Positions 39,906 to 49,900 of a stretch of DNA of 64,000 bases are shown here, piece after piece. The translations under genes and the position numbers were made by a program. The notes below the pieces were generated by a model. The model did not search any database. It was not told the DNA's origin and worked only from the letters and a program-made list of their open reading frames with translations. The stretch lies in assembly GCA_943788675.1 (NCBI GenBank), contig CALSRE010000001.1:595573-659572 (forward strand), read 5' to 3'. This stretch comes from an uncultured bacterium (lineage in GTDB: Bacteria; Fidelibacterota; Marinisomatia; Marinisomatales; Marinisomataceae). Numbering within the stretch: position 1 is the stretch's first letter; the number at the start of each line of letters is the position of its first letter.

Positions 39906-40789
39906 TATCTGGGGGAAGCTCAGAAGAGCGTTTAGTTTCAATTAAAACCGGTGAAGCTGTTTTGGAAGCGTGTATTCAGTTAGGTCATAAAACATCTCAA
40001 TATATTCTAAATCAAAATTCAATTATTGATATTCAAGACAAATTGATAGATCAAGACTTTATATTTATTGCATTGCATGGATCTTTTGGTGAGGACGGTT
40101 CTATTCAATCAATTTTATCTGAAATGAATATTCCTTTTAATGGCTCAAATGAAAAATCATCTAAAATTTGTTTTGATAAGGCTAAAACAAAAAATATTGT
40201 AATAGGAGAAGGTATTGACTCTCCAAAATATTATCATACTTCATCTAATTCATGTAATGATCATTTTGATTTTTCAGCAGAAAAATATGTTGTAAAACCT
40301 AATGCTCAAGGTAGTTCTGTAGGCTTTAATATTGTAAATGATGTAAGTAAAATTAATGATTCTATTGATATAGCTCTAGATTTTGACAGCTCTGTATTAA
40401 TTGAAGAATTTATCAATGGCAGAGAGATTACAGTTTCTGTTTTAGGTGAAGAATCCTTGCCAGTGATTGAAATTAAACCTAAGTCTGGAGTTTATGATTA
40501 CAATTCAAAATATATTATAGGAGAAACAGATTATATTTGTCCGGCAGAAATGAATTCAATTAAATATCGGTCTGTTCAAGACTGTGCATTGAAAATACAT
40601 AAAATGTTAAGTTGTGATGTATATTCAAGAGTAGACTTTAAGTTTTTTGATAATAAGTTTTATTTTCTAGAAATAAATACTTTACCTGGAATGACAAAAA
40701 CTAGCCTATTTCCAAAGGCAGCAAAACAACATGGACTTTCTTTTAAAAAATTAATAGAAAAAATTATTAAATTGTCTTTAGAAAAATGA
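39890..40789 (+). CDS. ddl: D-alanine--D-alanine ligase (start probably the non-canonical ATT at 39890; first canonical start is the TTG at 39962)
   Basis: ATP-grasp Ddl motifs are present (FIALHGSFGEDGSIQ, KPNAQGSSVG, EINTLPGMT). The conserved N-terminal block NIGVISGGSSEERLVSIKTGEAVLEA is in frame and open upstream of the TTG at 39962. An AAGGA SD sequence lies 6 nt before the ATT at 39890. Confidence 0.85.
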   Translation: MNIGVISGGSSEERLVSIKTGEAVLEACIQLGHKTSQYILNQNSIIDIQDKLIDQDFIFIALHGSFGEDGSIQSILSEMNIPFNGSNEKSSKICFDKAKTKNIVIGEGIDSPKYYHTSSNSCNDHFDFSAEKYVVKPNAQGSSVGFNIVNDVSKINDSIDIALDFDSSVLIEEFINGREITVSVLGEESLPVIEIKPKSGVYDYNSKYIIGETDYICPAEMNSIKYRSVQDCALKIHKMLSCDVYSRVDFKFFDNKFYFLEINTLPGMTKTSLFPKAAKQHGLSFKKLIEKIIKLSLEK

Positions 40790-42171
40790 CTTTAAAACTT
40801 TACAACTCTTTAATAGGAAAAAAAGAATCCTTCAAACCTAAATCTGAAAATGAGGTTAAAATTTATGGATGCGGTCCTACGGTTTATGATGTTCCGCACA
40901 TTGGAAATTTTAGAACATTTACTTTTTATGATTTGATAAATAGAGTGCTTAAAATGAACGGTTTTTCAACTACTACAGCAGTTAACATTACAGATATTGA
41001 TGATAAAATAATTAATCGAATAATTGAAGAAAAATCATCACTAAAAGAAATAACTTCGAGATATGAAAAATCGTTTCATGAAATATCTCGCACTTTGAAT
41101 ATTTTTCCAAATGATTACAATCCAAAGGCTACAGATTTTGTTGAAAAAATGATTGAGTTTATTCAAAGACTAATCAATGAAGGTTTTGCATATGAGTCAA
41201 ATAATAGTGTTTATTTCATTGTTGAAAAAGACCTTAATTATGAAAGGTTTGTGGACCTCAAGTTTGAAGATTCAGATTATTTAAAAATCAATAAAAATCA
41301 GGATAAAAGGTTTGTTGGCGATTTTGCGTTGTGGAAGTCTTGGAGCAAAAATGATGGTGATATTTTTTGGGATAGTCCATGGGGAAAGGGTAGGCCTGCA
41401 TGGCATACTGAGTGTGCAGTTATGATTGAAGATCTTTTCGATGGAGAGATTGATATTCATTGTGGAGGCATTGATCTGAAATTTCCTCATCATGAAAATG
41501 AATGCGCTCAAATTGAATCCCTAAGTGGAAAAAAAATAGCCAATTACTGGCTTCATGCAGAACACTTAAATATAGATGACGAAAAAATGAGCAAATCTTC
41601 AGGAAATTTTGTTTCAGTTAATACAATGATTAAAGAAAACGGACCTAGCGCGGTTAGACTTTTTCTTTTATCAGCTCATTATAGAACAAAAGTATCTTTT
41701 AATCTTAAAAAGCTTGATGAGAGCAAAAAAATGATTGAAAAAATTACAAGATTTTCAAATAACTTTGATTTATTAACCATTGATAATGTGGAGATGAAAT
41801 TTAGCGCTGAACATTTAGCATTTATAAATGCTTTAAACGATGATTTAAATACAGCTGAAGCTCTAGGTATTTTCTTCAGTTTTATAGCTAAAATGAATAA
41901 AAAAATAACTTCAAGTTCGCTAAATGAATCTGAAAAAGAAAAATCTTTAATTTTTTTAAAACTTTTTAATTCAATTTTTGATGTAATTGACTTTGATCGT
42001 TCAAAGAAACAAAAACCTCCAAAAAATGTACAAGATTTATTATTTTCTCGTCAAGAGGCTAGGAATAATAAAGATTGGAAAAAGTCTGACATATTGCGAG
42101 ATAAATTGAAATCAATGGGGTGGTATGTTGAGGATACTGCTACCGGTCAAAAACTGCTCGAAAAGAAATAA
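40786..42171 (+). CDS. cysS: cysteine--tRNA ligase
   Basis: 461 aa with class I motifs HIGN and KMSKS, and the Zn-site context WHTECA. Confidence 0.95.
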   Translation: MTLKLYNSLIGKKESFKPKSENEVKIYGCGPTVYDVPHIGNFRTFTFYDLINRVLKMNGFSTTTAVNITDIDDKIINRIIEEKSSLKEITSRYEKSFHEISRTLNIFPNDYNPKATDFVEKMIEFIQRLINEGFAYESNNSVYFIVEKDLNYERFVDLKFEDSDYLKINKNQDKRFVGDFALWKSWSKNDGDIFWDSPWGKGRPAWHTECAVMIEDLFDGEIDIHCGGIDLKFPHHENECAQIESLSGKKIANYWLHAEHLNIDDEKMSKSSGNFVSVNTMIKENGPSAVRLFLLSAHYRTKVSFNLKKLDESKKMIEKITRFSNNFDLLTIDNVEMKFSAEHLAFINALNDDLNTAEALGIFFSFIAKMNKKITSSSLNESEKEKSLIFLKLFNSIFDVIDFDRSKKQKPPKNVQDLLFSRQEARNNKDWKKSDILRDKLKSMGWYVEDTATGQKLLEKK

Positions 42172-42202
42172 TTTGTTTTCCTACTAATTCTTCTTATATT
42201 TC
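42172..42202 (+). promoter_or_regulatory. candidate FCB/Bacteroidetes-type promoter (TTTG-N19-TATATTTC) for the tRNA-tuf operon
   Basis: TTTG at 42172-42175 and TATATTTC at 42195-42202 (compare TTTG-N19-21-TAnnTTTG). The same TTTG-N20-TATATT layout occurs upstream of rpsL. Confidence 0.25.
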
Positions 42203-42238
42203 GTCGCTTTTGCCTACGCGTGCGTGTACATATACATT

Positions 42239-42311
42239 GCCGGTGTAGCTCAGTTGGTAGAGCAGCTGATTTGTAATCAGCGGGTCGGGGGTTCAAATCC
42301 TCTCGCCGGCT
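42239..42311 (+). tRNA. tRNA-Thr (anticodon TGT)
   Basis: Manual cloverleaf. Acceptor stem GCCGGTG/CGCCGGC, D-arm GCTCAGTTGGTAGAGC, anticodon loop TTTGTAA, T-loop TTCAAAT. CCA is not encoded. Confidence 0.9.
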
Positions 42312-42385
42312 CAGTTTTTAGGGGCATAAGCTAGGTATTTGAAAATTTTTTTTGATCTTACTATCAGGATTGAGTAAGGGATTTC

Positions 42386-42468
42386 GGGCAAATGGCCGAG
42401 TGGTTAAAGGCAGCAGACTGTAAATCTGCCGACGTAAGTCTACGGAGGTTCGAATCCTTCTTTGCCCA
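42386..42468 (+). tRNA. tRNA-Tyr (anticodon GTA), long variable arm
   Basis: Acceptor stem GGGCAAA/TTTGCCC, anticodon loop CTGTAAA, a long variable arm and T-loop TTCGAAT. Confidence 0.9.
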
Positions 42469-42476
42469 CAGGATTT

Positions 42477-42549
42477 GCGAGTGTAGCTCAGTTGGTAGAG
42501 CATCAGCCTTCCAAGCTGAGGGTCGCGCGTTCGAATCGCGTCACTCGCT
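42477..42549 (+). tRNA. tRNA-Gly (anticodon TCC)
   Basis: Acceptor stem GCGAGTG/CACTCGC, anticodon loop CTTCCAA, T-loop TTCGAAT. Confidence 0.9.
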
Positions 42550-42557
42550 CAATAATT

Positions 42558-42630
42558 GCCTGCGTAGCTCAGTAGGTAGAGCACTTCGTTGGTAACGAAG
42601 AGGTCACCGGTTCAATCCCGGTCGTAGGCT
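42558..42630 (+). tRNA. tRNA-Thr (anticodon GGT)
   Basis: Acceptor stem GCCTGCG/CGTAGGC (one G-U pair), anticodon loop TTGGTAA, T-loop TTCAATC. Confidence 0.9.
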
Positions 42631-42676
42631 CAAAAAAAGAAAATTAAAAATTGTATAAAAACAAGGAGATAACATA

Positions 42677-43870
42677 ATGGCTAAAGAAACATTTGTTAGA
42701 AATAAGCCTCACTGTAATATCGGTACTATCGGTCACGTTGACCATGGTAAGACTACTTTGACAGCTGCAATTACACAAACTCAGTCTAATTTGGGTTTAG
42801 CAGCTAAACGTGATTTTGATACTATTGATAATGCACCTGAGGAAAAAGAAAGAGGTATTACAATTTCAACTTCACACGTTGAATACGAGACAGCTAATCG
42901 TCATTACGCACACGTTGACTGTCCTGGTCACGCCGACTACATCAAAAACATGATTACAGGTGCAGCTCAAATGGATGGAGCTATTCTTGTTGTTAGTGCA
43001 GCTGACGGTCCTATGCCTCAAACTAGAGAACACGTATTGCTTGCTCGTCAGGTGAATGTTCCTAGCATTGTAGTATTTATGAATAAGGTTGACCAAGTTG
43101 ACGATCCTGAATTGTTAGAGTTGGTTGAAATGGAATTAAGAGATCTTTTAAGCGAATACAAATTCGATGGAGATAATACTCCTATCGTTAAAGGTAGCGC
43201 TTTAAAAGCTCTTGAAAATCAAGACGACGCTGAGTCTGTTAAATGCATTGGTGAGCTTATGGAAGCCTGTGATTCATTTATTCCTCAGCCTGAGCGTGCA
43301 ATTGATCAACCATTTTTGATGCCTGTTGAAGATGTATTCAGTATTACTGGTAGAGGTACTGTTGGTACTGGTAGAATCGAGTCAGGTAAAGTTAAAGTTG
43401 GTGAAGAAGTAGAAGTTGTTGGTCTTGATAACAAGATTGGTACAACAATTGTTACTGGTGTGGAGATGTTTCAAAAAACACTTGATGAGGGTGAAGCTGG
43501 AGATAATGCTGGCTTGCTTTTAAGAGGTGTTGAAAAAGAAGATCTTAAAAGAGGCGTTGTTCTTGCAGCTAAAGGATCTATTACCCCTCACACTAAGTTC
43601 AAAGCTAACGTATATGTTTTGAAAAAAGAGGAAGGTGGAAGACACACTCCATTCTTTAATAACTATAGACCTCAGTTTTACTTTAGAACTACTGATGTAA
43701 CTGGTGTTGTAACATTACCTGAAGGTACAGAGATGGTTATGCCAGGAGATAATATAGAAATGAATGTTGAATTAATTACACCGATTGCTATGAATCAAGA
43801 GCTAAGATTCGCTATTAGAGAAGGTGGACACACTGTAGGAGCTGGAGTAGTTACTACCATACTTGACTAA
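42677..43870 (+). CDS. tuf: elongation factor Tu
   Basis: 397 aa with [17 protein letters not shown] and NKVD motifs. An AAGGAG SD sequence lies upstream, and G+C at codon positions is visibly higher than in neighbouring genes. Confidence 0.98.
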   Translation: MAKETFVRNKPHCNIGTIGHVDHGKTTLTAAITQTQSNLGLAAKRDFDTIDNAPEEKERGITISTSHVEYETANRHYAHVDCPGHADYIKNMITGAAQMDGAILVVSAADGPMPQTREHVLLARQVNVPSIVVFMNKVDQVDDPELLELVEMELRDLLSEYKFDGDNTPIVKGSALKALENQDDAESVKCIGELMEACDSFIPQPERAIDQPFLMPVEDVFSITGRGTVGTGRIESGKVKVGEEVEVVGLDNKIGTTIVTGVEMFQKTLDEGEAGDNAGLLLRGVEKEDLKRGVVLAAKGSITPHTKFKANVYVLKKEEGGRHTPFFNNYRPQFYFRTTDVTGVVTLPEGTEMVMPGDNIEMNVELITPIAMNQELRFAIREGGHTVGAGVVTTILD

Positions 43871-44034
43871 TGGCTGGAAATAGTAAAAGAGCAATTGTAA
43901 GACTTGAGAGTACTGCAGGGACAGGGTATCGCTATACTGTTACGAAAAATAAGAGTAAGCATCCTGATAAACTTCAATATAAGAAGTTTGACCCTGTAGC
44001 TCGCAAGCATGTTCTTTTTAAAGAAATTAAATAG
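43870..44034 (+). CDS. rpmG: 50S ribosomal protein L33
   Basis: 54-aa ORF not in the track: [54 protein letters not shown]. The start overlaps the tuf stop (TAATG). This is the Cys-less L33 form. Confidence 0.9.
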   Translation: MAGNSKRAIVRLESTAGTGYRYTVTKNKSKHPDKLQYKKFDPVARKHVLFKEIK

Positions 44035-44039
44035 CAAAT

Positions 44040-44113
44040 AGGTGAGTAGCTCAATTAGGTAGAGCATCGGTCTCCAAAACCGGGGGTTGCGGGTTCAATT
44101 CCTGCCTCACCTG
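44040..44113 (+). tRNA. tRNA-Trp (anticodon CCA)
   Basis: Acceptor stem AGGTGAG/CTCACCT, anticodon loop CTCCAAA, T-loop TTCAATT. It is in the classical position before secE-nusG. Confidence 0.9.
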
Positions 44114-44130
44114 CGAATGAAGGAAAAAAA

Positions 44131-44313
44131 ATGTTTAAAAGAGTAAAAGATTTTTTAAATCAGGTATATTTAGAGATGAACAAAGTTTCATGGCCCTCTT
44201 ATAATGAGCTTAGGGGCTCAACCTATTTAATTATAATTTTTTTCCTTTTATTTGTTGTTTTCCTTTTTGGAATTGATTGGATGATACAACGACTCATGAG
44301 AGTATTGATATGA
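44131..44313 (+). CDS. secE: preprotein translocase subunit SecE
   Basis: 60 aa with E..KV.WPS followed by a single TM helix. Located upstream of nusG. Confidence 0.9.
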   Translation: MFKRVKDFLNQVYLEMNKVSWPSYNELRGSTYLIIIFFLLFVVFLFGIDWMIQRLMRVLI

Positions 44314-44846
44314 ATTGGTATAGTTTAAGAGTGATGTCAGGTAGGGAAGAGAAAGTACGTGATACTATTTTTCGCGAACTTGACTATGAAAAAGAACTAA
44401 GATCGAACGTAGAAGAGATTTTAATCCCAACAGAAAATGTTGTGGATATTAAAAATGGCAAGAAACAATTAAAGAAAAAAGTTTTTTTCCCAGGTTATGT
44501 CCTTGTAAAAATGGATATGAATAATGAGACTAAATTCTTTATTGAGAGCATGGATGGTGTTATGAGCTTTGTTGGCCCAAAAGGAAATCCGCAAGCATTA
44601 AATGATTCAGAGATTAAAAGAATTATTGGTAGTAGTGCTGATGGTGATGATGAGGCCGCTGGTGAAATCGAAGAGATTCCGTTTAAGGTTGGAGACTCTG
44701 TTAAAGTTATTGACGGGCCGTTCAAAGAATTTAATGGTTTGGTTCAAGAGATTAATGATTCAAACAGAATTAAAGTTAATGTAAATATTTTTGGTAGACC
44801 TACTCCGATAGAATTGAGTATGCATCAAATATTAATTGAAAGTTAA
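44310..44846 (+). CDS. nusG: transcription termination/antitermination factor NusG
   Basis: [19 protein letters not shown] domain and a C-terminal KOW domain ([19 protein letters not shown]). The ATG at 44310 overlaps the secE stop. The track start at 44277 is less likely. Confidence 0.93.
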   Translation: MNWYSLRVMSGREEKVRDTIFRELDYEKELRSNVEEILIPTENVVDIKNGKKQLKKKVFFPGYVLVKMDMNNETKFFIESMDGVMSFVGPKGNPQALNDSEIKRIIGSSADGDDEAAGEIEEIPFKVGDSVKVIDGPFKEFNGLVQEINDSNRIKVNVNIFGRPTPIELSMHQILIES

Positions 44847-44848
44847 AG

Positions 44849-45277
44849 ATGGCAGGAAAAGAAAAAACAGGTTTAATTAAGTTACAGATTGCAGCAGGTC
44901 AAGCAAATCCTGCGCCACCTGTAGGTCCAGCATTAGGGCAACACGGTGTAAATATTATGGATTTTTGTAATGCTTTTAATGAAAAAACAAAAGAGTTGCA
45001 AGGAATGTTAACTCCGGTAATTATTACAGTTTATAAAGATAGATCTTTTACTTTCGAAACAAAATCTCCACCTGCATCTACCTTAATTATGAAAGAGTTA
45101 AAGATGAAAAAAGGTTCTCAAGAGCCAAACAAAGACAAAGTTGGTAAAATTACAATGTCGCAGTGCAAAAAAATTGCTGAAATAAAAATGAAAGATTTAA
45201 ACTCGCATACATTAGACCAAGCGGCTGAAATGATAGCAGGAACTGCAGTCAGCATGGGAATTGAGGTGGAAAAATGA
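44849..45277 (+). CDS. rplK: 50S ribosomal protein L11
   Basis: 142 aa with [28 protein letters not shown]. Confidence 0.97.
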   Translation: MAGKEKTGLIKLQIAAGQANPAPPVGPALGQHGVNIMDFCNAFNEKTKELQGMLTPVIITVYKDRSFTFETKSPPASTLIMKELKMKKGSQEPNKDKVGKITMSQCKKIAEIKMKDLNSHTLDQAAEMIAGTAVSMGIEVEK

Positions 45278-45954
45278 AGGTAACTAAATTTTCAAAATCT
45301 GTTAACGAAAAAATTGATTCATCAAAAGTGTATAATATTGATGAGGCAGTGAGCTTGTTAATGAATTTTAAAAGAGAAGCTTTTAGTGAATCTGTAGATG
45401 TTGCTTTTAATCTAGGAGTTGATCCTCGTCATGCGGAAGAAAACATTCGCTTGAGTATAAGTTTGCCACACGGCATAGGAAAAGACGTATCAGTTTTAGC
45501 TATAGTCAATGTAGATAAAGAGGCTGAAGCGAAAGAAGCAGGAGCTGATTTTGTTGGTAAAGATGAATTTTTAGATAAAATTAAGGGTGGATGGACAGAT
45601 GTAGATAAAATTGTTGTTACCCCCGATTTGATGGCAGAGCTTGGTAAACTAGGTAAAGTGTTGGGACCAAAAGGACTAATGCCAAATCCAAAATCTGGAA
45701 CTGTAACAAATGATGTTGCTCAAGCTATAAAAGAATTAAAAGCTGGTAAATTAGACGCAAGAGTTGAAAAGAATGGAATTTTACATTCTTCAATAGGGAA
45801 AACCTCTTTTTCTGAAGATCAAATAAAGGAAAATTTCCAAACAATGCAATCAGCTGTTATGTCAGCAAAGCCAAACTCATTCAAAGGGAAGTATTTGAAG
45901 TCTGTAAGTATATCATCAACTTTAGGCCCTGGAATAAAAATAGGAACAGAATAA
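45274..45954 (+). CDS. rplA: 50S ribosomal protein L1
   Basis: 226 aa with [16 protein letters not shown] and [16 protein letters not shown]. Confidence 0.97.
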   Translation: MKVTKFSKSVNEKIDSSKVYNIDEAVSLLMNFKREAFSESVDVAFNLGVDPRHAEENIRLSISLPHGIGKDVSVLAIVNVDKEAEAKEAGADFVGKDEFLDKIKGGWTDVDKIVVTPDLMAELGKLGKVLGPKGLMPNPKSGTVTNDVAQAIKELKAGKLDARVEKNGILHSSIGKTSFSEDQIKENFQTMQSAVMSAKPNSFKGKYLKSVSISSTLGPGIKIGTE

Positions 45955-45956
45955 TT

Positions 45957-46475
45957 ATGCCAAGTAATAAAAATATTGAAGCAGTTAAAAATTTGACAGA
46001 AAAGCTTGATAAAGCAAAAGCAATATACTTTACTGATTACATCGGTCTTGATGTTGTAAGCATTACAAAATTAAGAAAAGAATTTGTTGCCAAAGATGTT
46101 GAATTTACTATTGCAAAAAACACATTGATAAAATTAGCTGCAAAGGATATTGGTATGGATGGTTTGGATGATTTTTTAAATGGTCCAACAGCTATGGCGT
46201 TAAGTTATGACGAGCCAACTGATCCTGCTAAAGTAATAAAGAATTTTTTAAAAGATTTTGATAAGCCTGCTGTAAAAGGCATGATACTTGATGGACAAGT
46301 TTTTCAAGGAGAAGAGTTTGAGAAGATTGCAAACCTTCCTTCAAAAGAACAATTATTGTCTAAATTGGTAGGAATGCTAAACTCTCCAATGTCAAAACTA
46401 AGCAGTACATTGGGAAGTCCTATTTCTGGCTTATTAGGAGCACTTGAACAATTAAACTCAAAGAAAGGTAGTTAA
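45957..46475 (+). CDS. rplJ: 50S ribosomal protein L10
   Basis: 172 aa. Position between rplA and rplL, with L10-like N-terminal domain motifs. Confidence 0.93.
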   Translation: MPSNKNIEAVKNLTEKLDKAKAIYFTDYIGLDVVSITKLRKEFVAKDVEFTIAKNTLIKLAAKDIGMDGLDDFLNGPTAMALSYDEPTDPAKVIKNFLKDFDKPAVKGMILDGQVFQGEEFEKIANLPSKEQLLSKLVGMLNSPMSKLSSTLGSPISGLLGALEQLNSKKGS

Positions 46476-46476
46476 A

Positions 46477-46857
46477 ATGAGCGTTAAAAGAGAAGATGTA
46501 TTAAAATATCTTGAAGAAGCAAATATGATTGAAATATCTGAGCTTGTAAAAGACATAGAAGATAAGTTTGGTGTAACTGCTGCTGTACCTGTTGCAGCTG
46601 CTGCTGCTGGAGGAGCTGCTGAAGGCGCTGCTGAAGGTGGAGAGCAAAGCAGTTTTAATGTTGTCCTGTCTGCGGCTGGGCAATCAAAAATCTCTGTTAT
46701 TAAAGTTGTAAGAGAGATTACAAGTCTAGGATTAAAAGAAGCTAAAGAATTGGTTGATTCTGCTCCCAAGGCTATTAAAGAAGGCGTCGATAAAGATGAG
46801 GCTGAATCACTTAAGTCTCAACTTGAAGAAGCCGGAGCTACAGTAGAATTACAGTAA
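46477..46857 (+). CDS. rplL: 50S ribosomal protein L7/L12
   Basis: 126 aa with an Ala/Gly-rich hinge and a C-terminal domain ([19 protein letters not shown]...EEAGATVEL). Confidence 0.97.
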   Translation: MSVKREDVLKYLEEANMIEISELVKDIEDKFGVTAAVPVAAAAAGGAAEGAAEGGEQSSFNVVLSAAGQSKISVIKVVREITSLGLKEAKELVDSAPKAIKEGVDKDEAESLKSQLEEAGATVELQ

Positions 46858-46908
46858 TAATACAAGTAAGTATAATTAATTAACCAATTTTTTGGAGGTA
46901 CAACTATC

Positions 46909-49900
46909 TTGAAACTAGATAAGATAAACATTAGACATAATTTTGAGAAAATAAAAACTACCACCGAATTTCCAGATCTACTAGATCTGCAAGTCGGCTC
47001 ATTCCATGATTTTTTACAGGAAGGTGTAAAACCTAAAGAAAGAGAAATGTTTGGATTGCATGAAGCCTTTGTTTCAATCTTTCCCCTGCAGGATAATCAT
47101 GAAAATTATATTCTTGAATACAAAAGCTACACTATTGGAAAGCCAAGATACTCTCCGAGTGAATGCTCAGATAGAGGTATTACATTTAATGTTCCTCTAA
47201 CCGTACAATTAAGGTTGAAAATTACTGATGAAAAGGATAAAAAGAAATTTTCACAAGTAATTGATCAGGATGTGTATTTTGGTAATATGCCTTACATGAC
47301 TGATAAAGGTACCTTTATTATCAATGGAGCCGAAAGAACAGTTGTAACACAATTGCAGAGATCTCCTGGAGCATTCTTTGATCAAAAATTCCACCCTAAT
47401 GGAGCAAAGCTGTATAATGCTAGAATTATACCAATTAGAGGTTCATGGATAGACTTTACTACTGATATTAATGATGTACTATTTACTATCATTGATAGAA
47501 AAAGAAAGTTTCCAGCAACTTTGCTTTTAAGATCTTTAGGTTTTAGCTCAGATGAGGATATTTATAATGCCTTTGGTTTAATTCAGGATCTTAATCCTTC
47601 AAAAATTGACGAAGATAGGTTAAGTCATTATGTTGTTATTGAAGATATTATTGATCACGAAACTGGAGAACTTTTTGTTGAAAGCGGAAAAGAGTTAAAT
47701 GAGTCAATTGTTAAAACTTTAAAGAAAAATAAAGCAAAATCTATTAAGGTTGTTGATGTTAGAAATAATATTGACAGTATGATGTTGCATAATACTATCC
47801 AAAAAGATCCAACAAAGTCCACAGAAGAGGCTTTAGTTCGTGTTTATTATCTCTTGAGAGGTAGCGAAGCTCCAAGTCCTGAATCTGCTGAAAAATTCAT
47901 TCATAGAATGTTCTTTTTTCCTAAGAAGTATGATTTAGGTCAGGTTGGAAGATATAGGCTTGATAAGCAGTTTAATTTAGATAATACAGGTAAAGATGCA
48001 GTCTTAACTCATGATGATTTCTTAATTACATTAAAATTTTTAATTCAGATGAGAAAAGGTTTGAGAGCTCCTGATGATATCGATCATTTAGGTAATAGAA
48101 GAGTTAGAACAGTTGGTGAACAGCTTAAAGTTCAATTTAATTCAGCGCTTGCAAGAATGGTTAGAACAGTTTACGAGCGTATGAATTTGAGAGAGTCTGA
48201 AACTATTACTCCGCAAGACTTAATCAATTCAAGGTTAGTAACTACTGTCATCAACACTTTCTTTGGTACTAGTCAATTATCTCAATTTGGTGATCAAACT
48301 AACCCATTAGCAGAAATAACTCATAAAAGAAGAATTTCTTCACTTGGACCTGGTGGATTATCAAGAGAAAGAGCTGGCTTTGAAGTAAGAGATGTCCACT
48401 ATACCCATTATGGAAGATTGTGCCCAATTGAAACACCAGAGGGGCCAAATATTGGTCTGATTTCTTCTTTAGCATTAATGGCTAAAATCAATAGACATGG
48501 TTTTATAGAGGCTCCATATAGAAAGATTGATGATAAAATCCTTACAAGTAAGGTTCAGTATTTATCAGCTGACGATGAAGATAGATCAAATATTGCTCAA
48601 TCTGGATTGGAGGCCGATAAAAAAGGTCTTATTTCTGAATCAAAAATCAGAGTTCGTTCAAAAGGAGATTTTCCTATTGTTGACGCTGACCAGGTTCATT
48701 ATTCAGATATTGTACCAAATCAAATATTAAGTGTTGCTGCAGCTTTAATACCTTTTGTTGAACATGACGATGCAAACAGAGCTTTAATGGGTTCTAACAT
48801 GCAACGTCAATCTGTTCCGCTTTTAAAAACAGATGCACCTATTGTTGCTACTGGAATGGAAAAAGTTGTAGCAAGAGATTCTAAGTCTGTATTACTTTCT
48901 CCAGTAAGTGGAAAAGTTGTACATGTAGATGCTAAAAAAATTATCATTAAAGATAGTAACTACAAGCATGGTTCTTTGTTAAAAAAGGATGAAGATCTTA
49001 GAACTGTCGAGCTAATCAAATATTCTAGATCTAATCAGAATACTTGTTACAATCAAAAAGTATTAGTTGGAGTTGGTGATAAGGTTAAACAAGGAGATGT
49101 TATTGCCGATGGAGCATCCACGCAAGGCGGAGAACTTGCACTAGGAAAAAATGCTTTAATTGCATTCATGCCTTGGAATGGATACAACTTTGAAGATGCT
49201 ATTGTTATTAATGAAAGACTTGTAAGAGATGATGTATTTACATCTATCCATGTTAATGAAATTGAGCTTGAAGTTAGAGATACTAAAAGAGGAGAAGAAG
49301 AATTAACTCCAGAGATTCCTAATGTAAGCGAAGAAGCGACAGCACAATTAGATGAAAATGGCTTAATTCGCGTTGGAGCTATTGTTAATGAAGATGACAT
49401 CTTGATTGGTAAAGTAACTCCAAAAGGCGAGACTGATCCATCCCCAGAGGAAAAACTTTTAAGAGCTATTTTTGGTGAAAAAGCTGGTGACGTAAAAGAT
49501 GCATCAAAGAAGGCTGAGCCAGGTGTTAAAGGTGTTGTTATCAAGACTGATTTATATGAAAAAACGTCTAAACAATCTAGAGCTGAAGTTAACAAGCAAA
49601 TTAAGGAGCTTCAAAAGACAAAACGTAACGATGAAAGAGAATTGCGAGCGTCAAGAGATAAACTTTTAAAAGGTCTTCTTAAGGATAAGTCAAGTTTAGG
49701 TATTAAAGACAAGATTGATAAAGTCTTAATTAAGAAAGGAACTAAGCTAACTTTGAAAAAACTTGATTCATTAAATTTTGAACAATTTTCACATAAAGAT
49801 CCTTGGATATCAGGTCCTAAATCATGGGAGAAAATTGGTTTAATTTTTGATTCATTTAATAGACATCTAGCAGAGCTTGAAGATAAGCTTGAAACTGATA

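Noticed and set aside
42312-42385. The 74-nt spacer between tRNA-Thr and tRNA-Tyr as a possible fifth tRNA, a small RNA or an integration scar.
   Set aside because: No cloverleaf can be folded: there is no acceptor/T-arm complementarity and no GTTC-type T-loop. There are no direct repeats of a tRNA 3' end and no integrase nearby. It is kept only as a weak internal-promoter possibility.
42318-42595. Track ORFs 42318-42503 (-) and 42392-42595 (+), which look like small proteins.
   Set aside because: They run through the tRNA-Tyr, tRNA-Gly and tRNA-Thr genes. The relatively GC-rich tRNA sequence simply lacks stop codons.
46858-46908. The expected rplL-rpoB attenuator or terminator hairpin.
   Set aside because: The 51-nt gap (TAATACAAGTAAGTATAATTAATTAACCAATTTTTTGGAGGTACAACTATC) has no GC-containing stem followed by a T-run. 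It contains only the rpoB SD sequence.
49053-49595. 180-aa minus-strand ORF inside rpoB. Similar cases are 46458-46769 in rplL, 31383-31826 and 30873-31181 in batD, 10058-10396 across the HIT/SMC junction, and 51204-51551 and 53400-53666 in rpoC.
   Set aside because: All are fully nested antisense to strongly supported, motif-bearing + strand genes. Their translations are low-complexity S/L/T/I-rich, typical of antisense reads of GAA/AAA-rich coding sequence. They have no SD sequence or recognisable domain.
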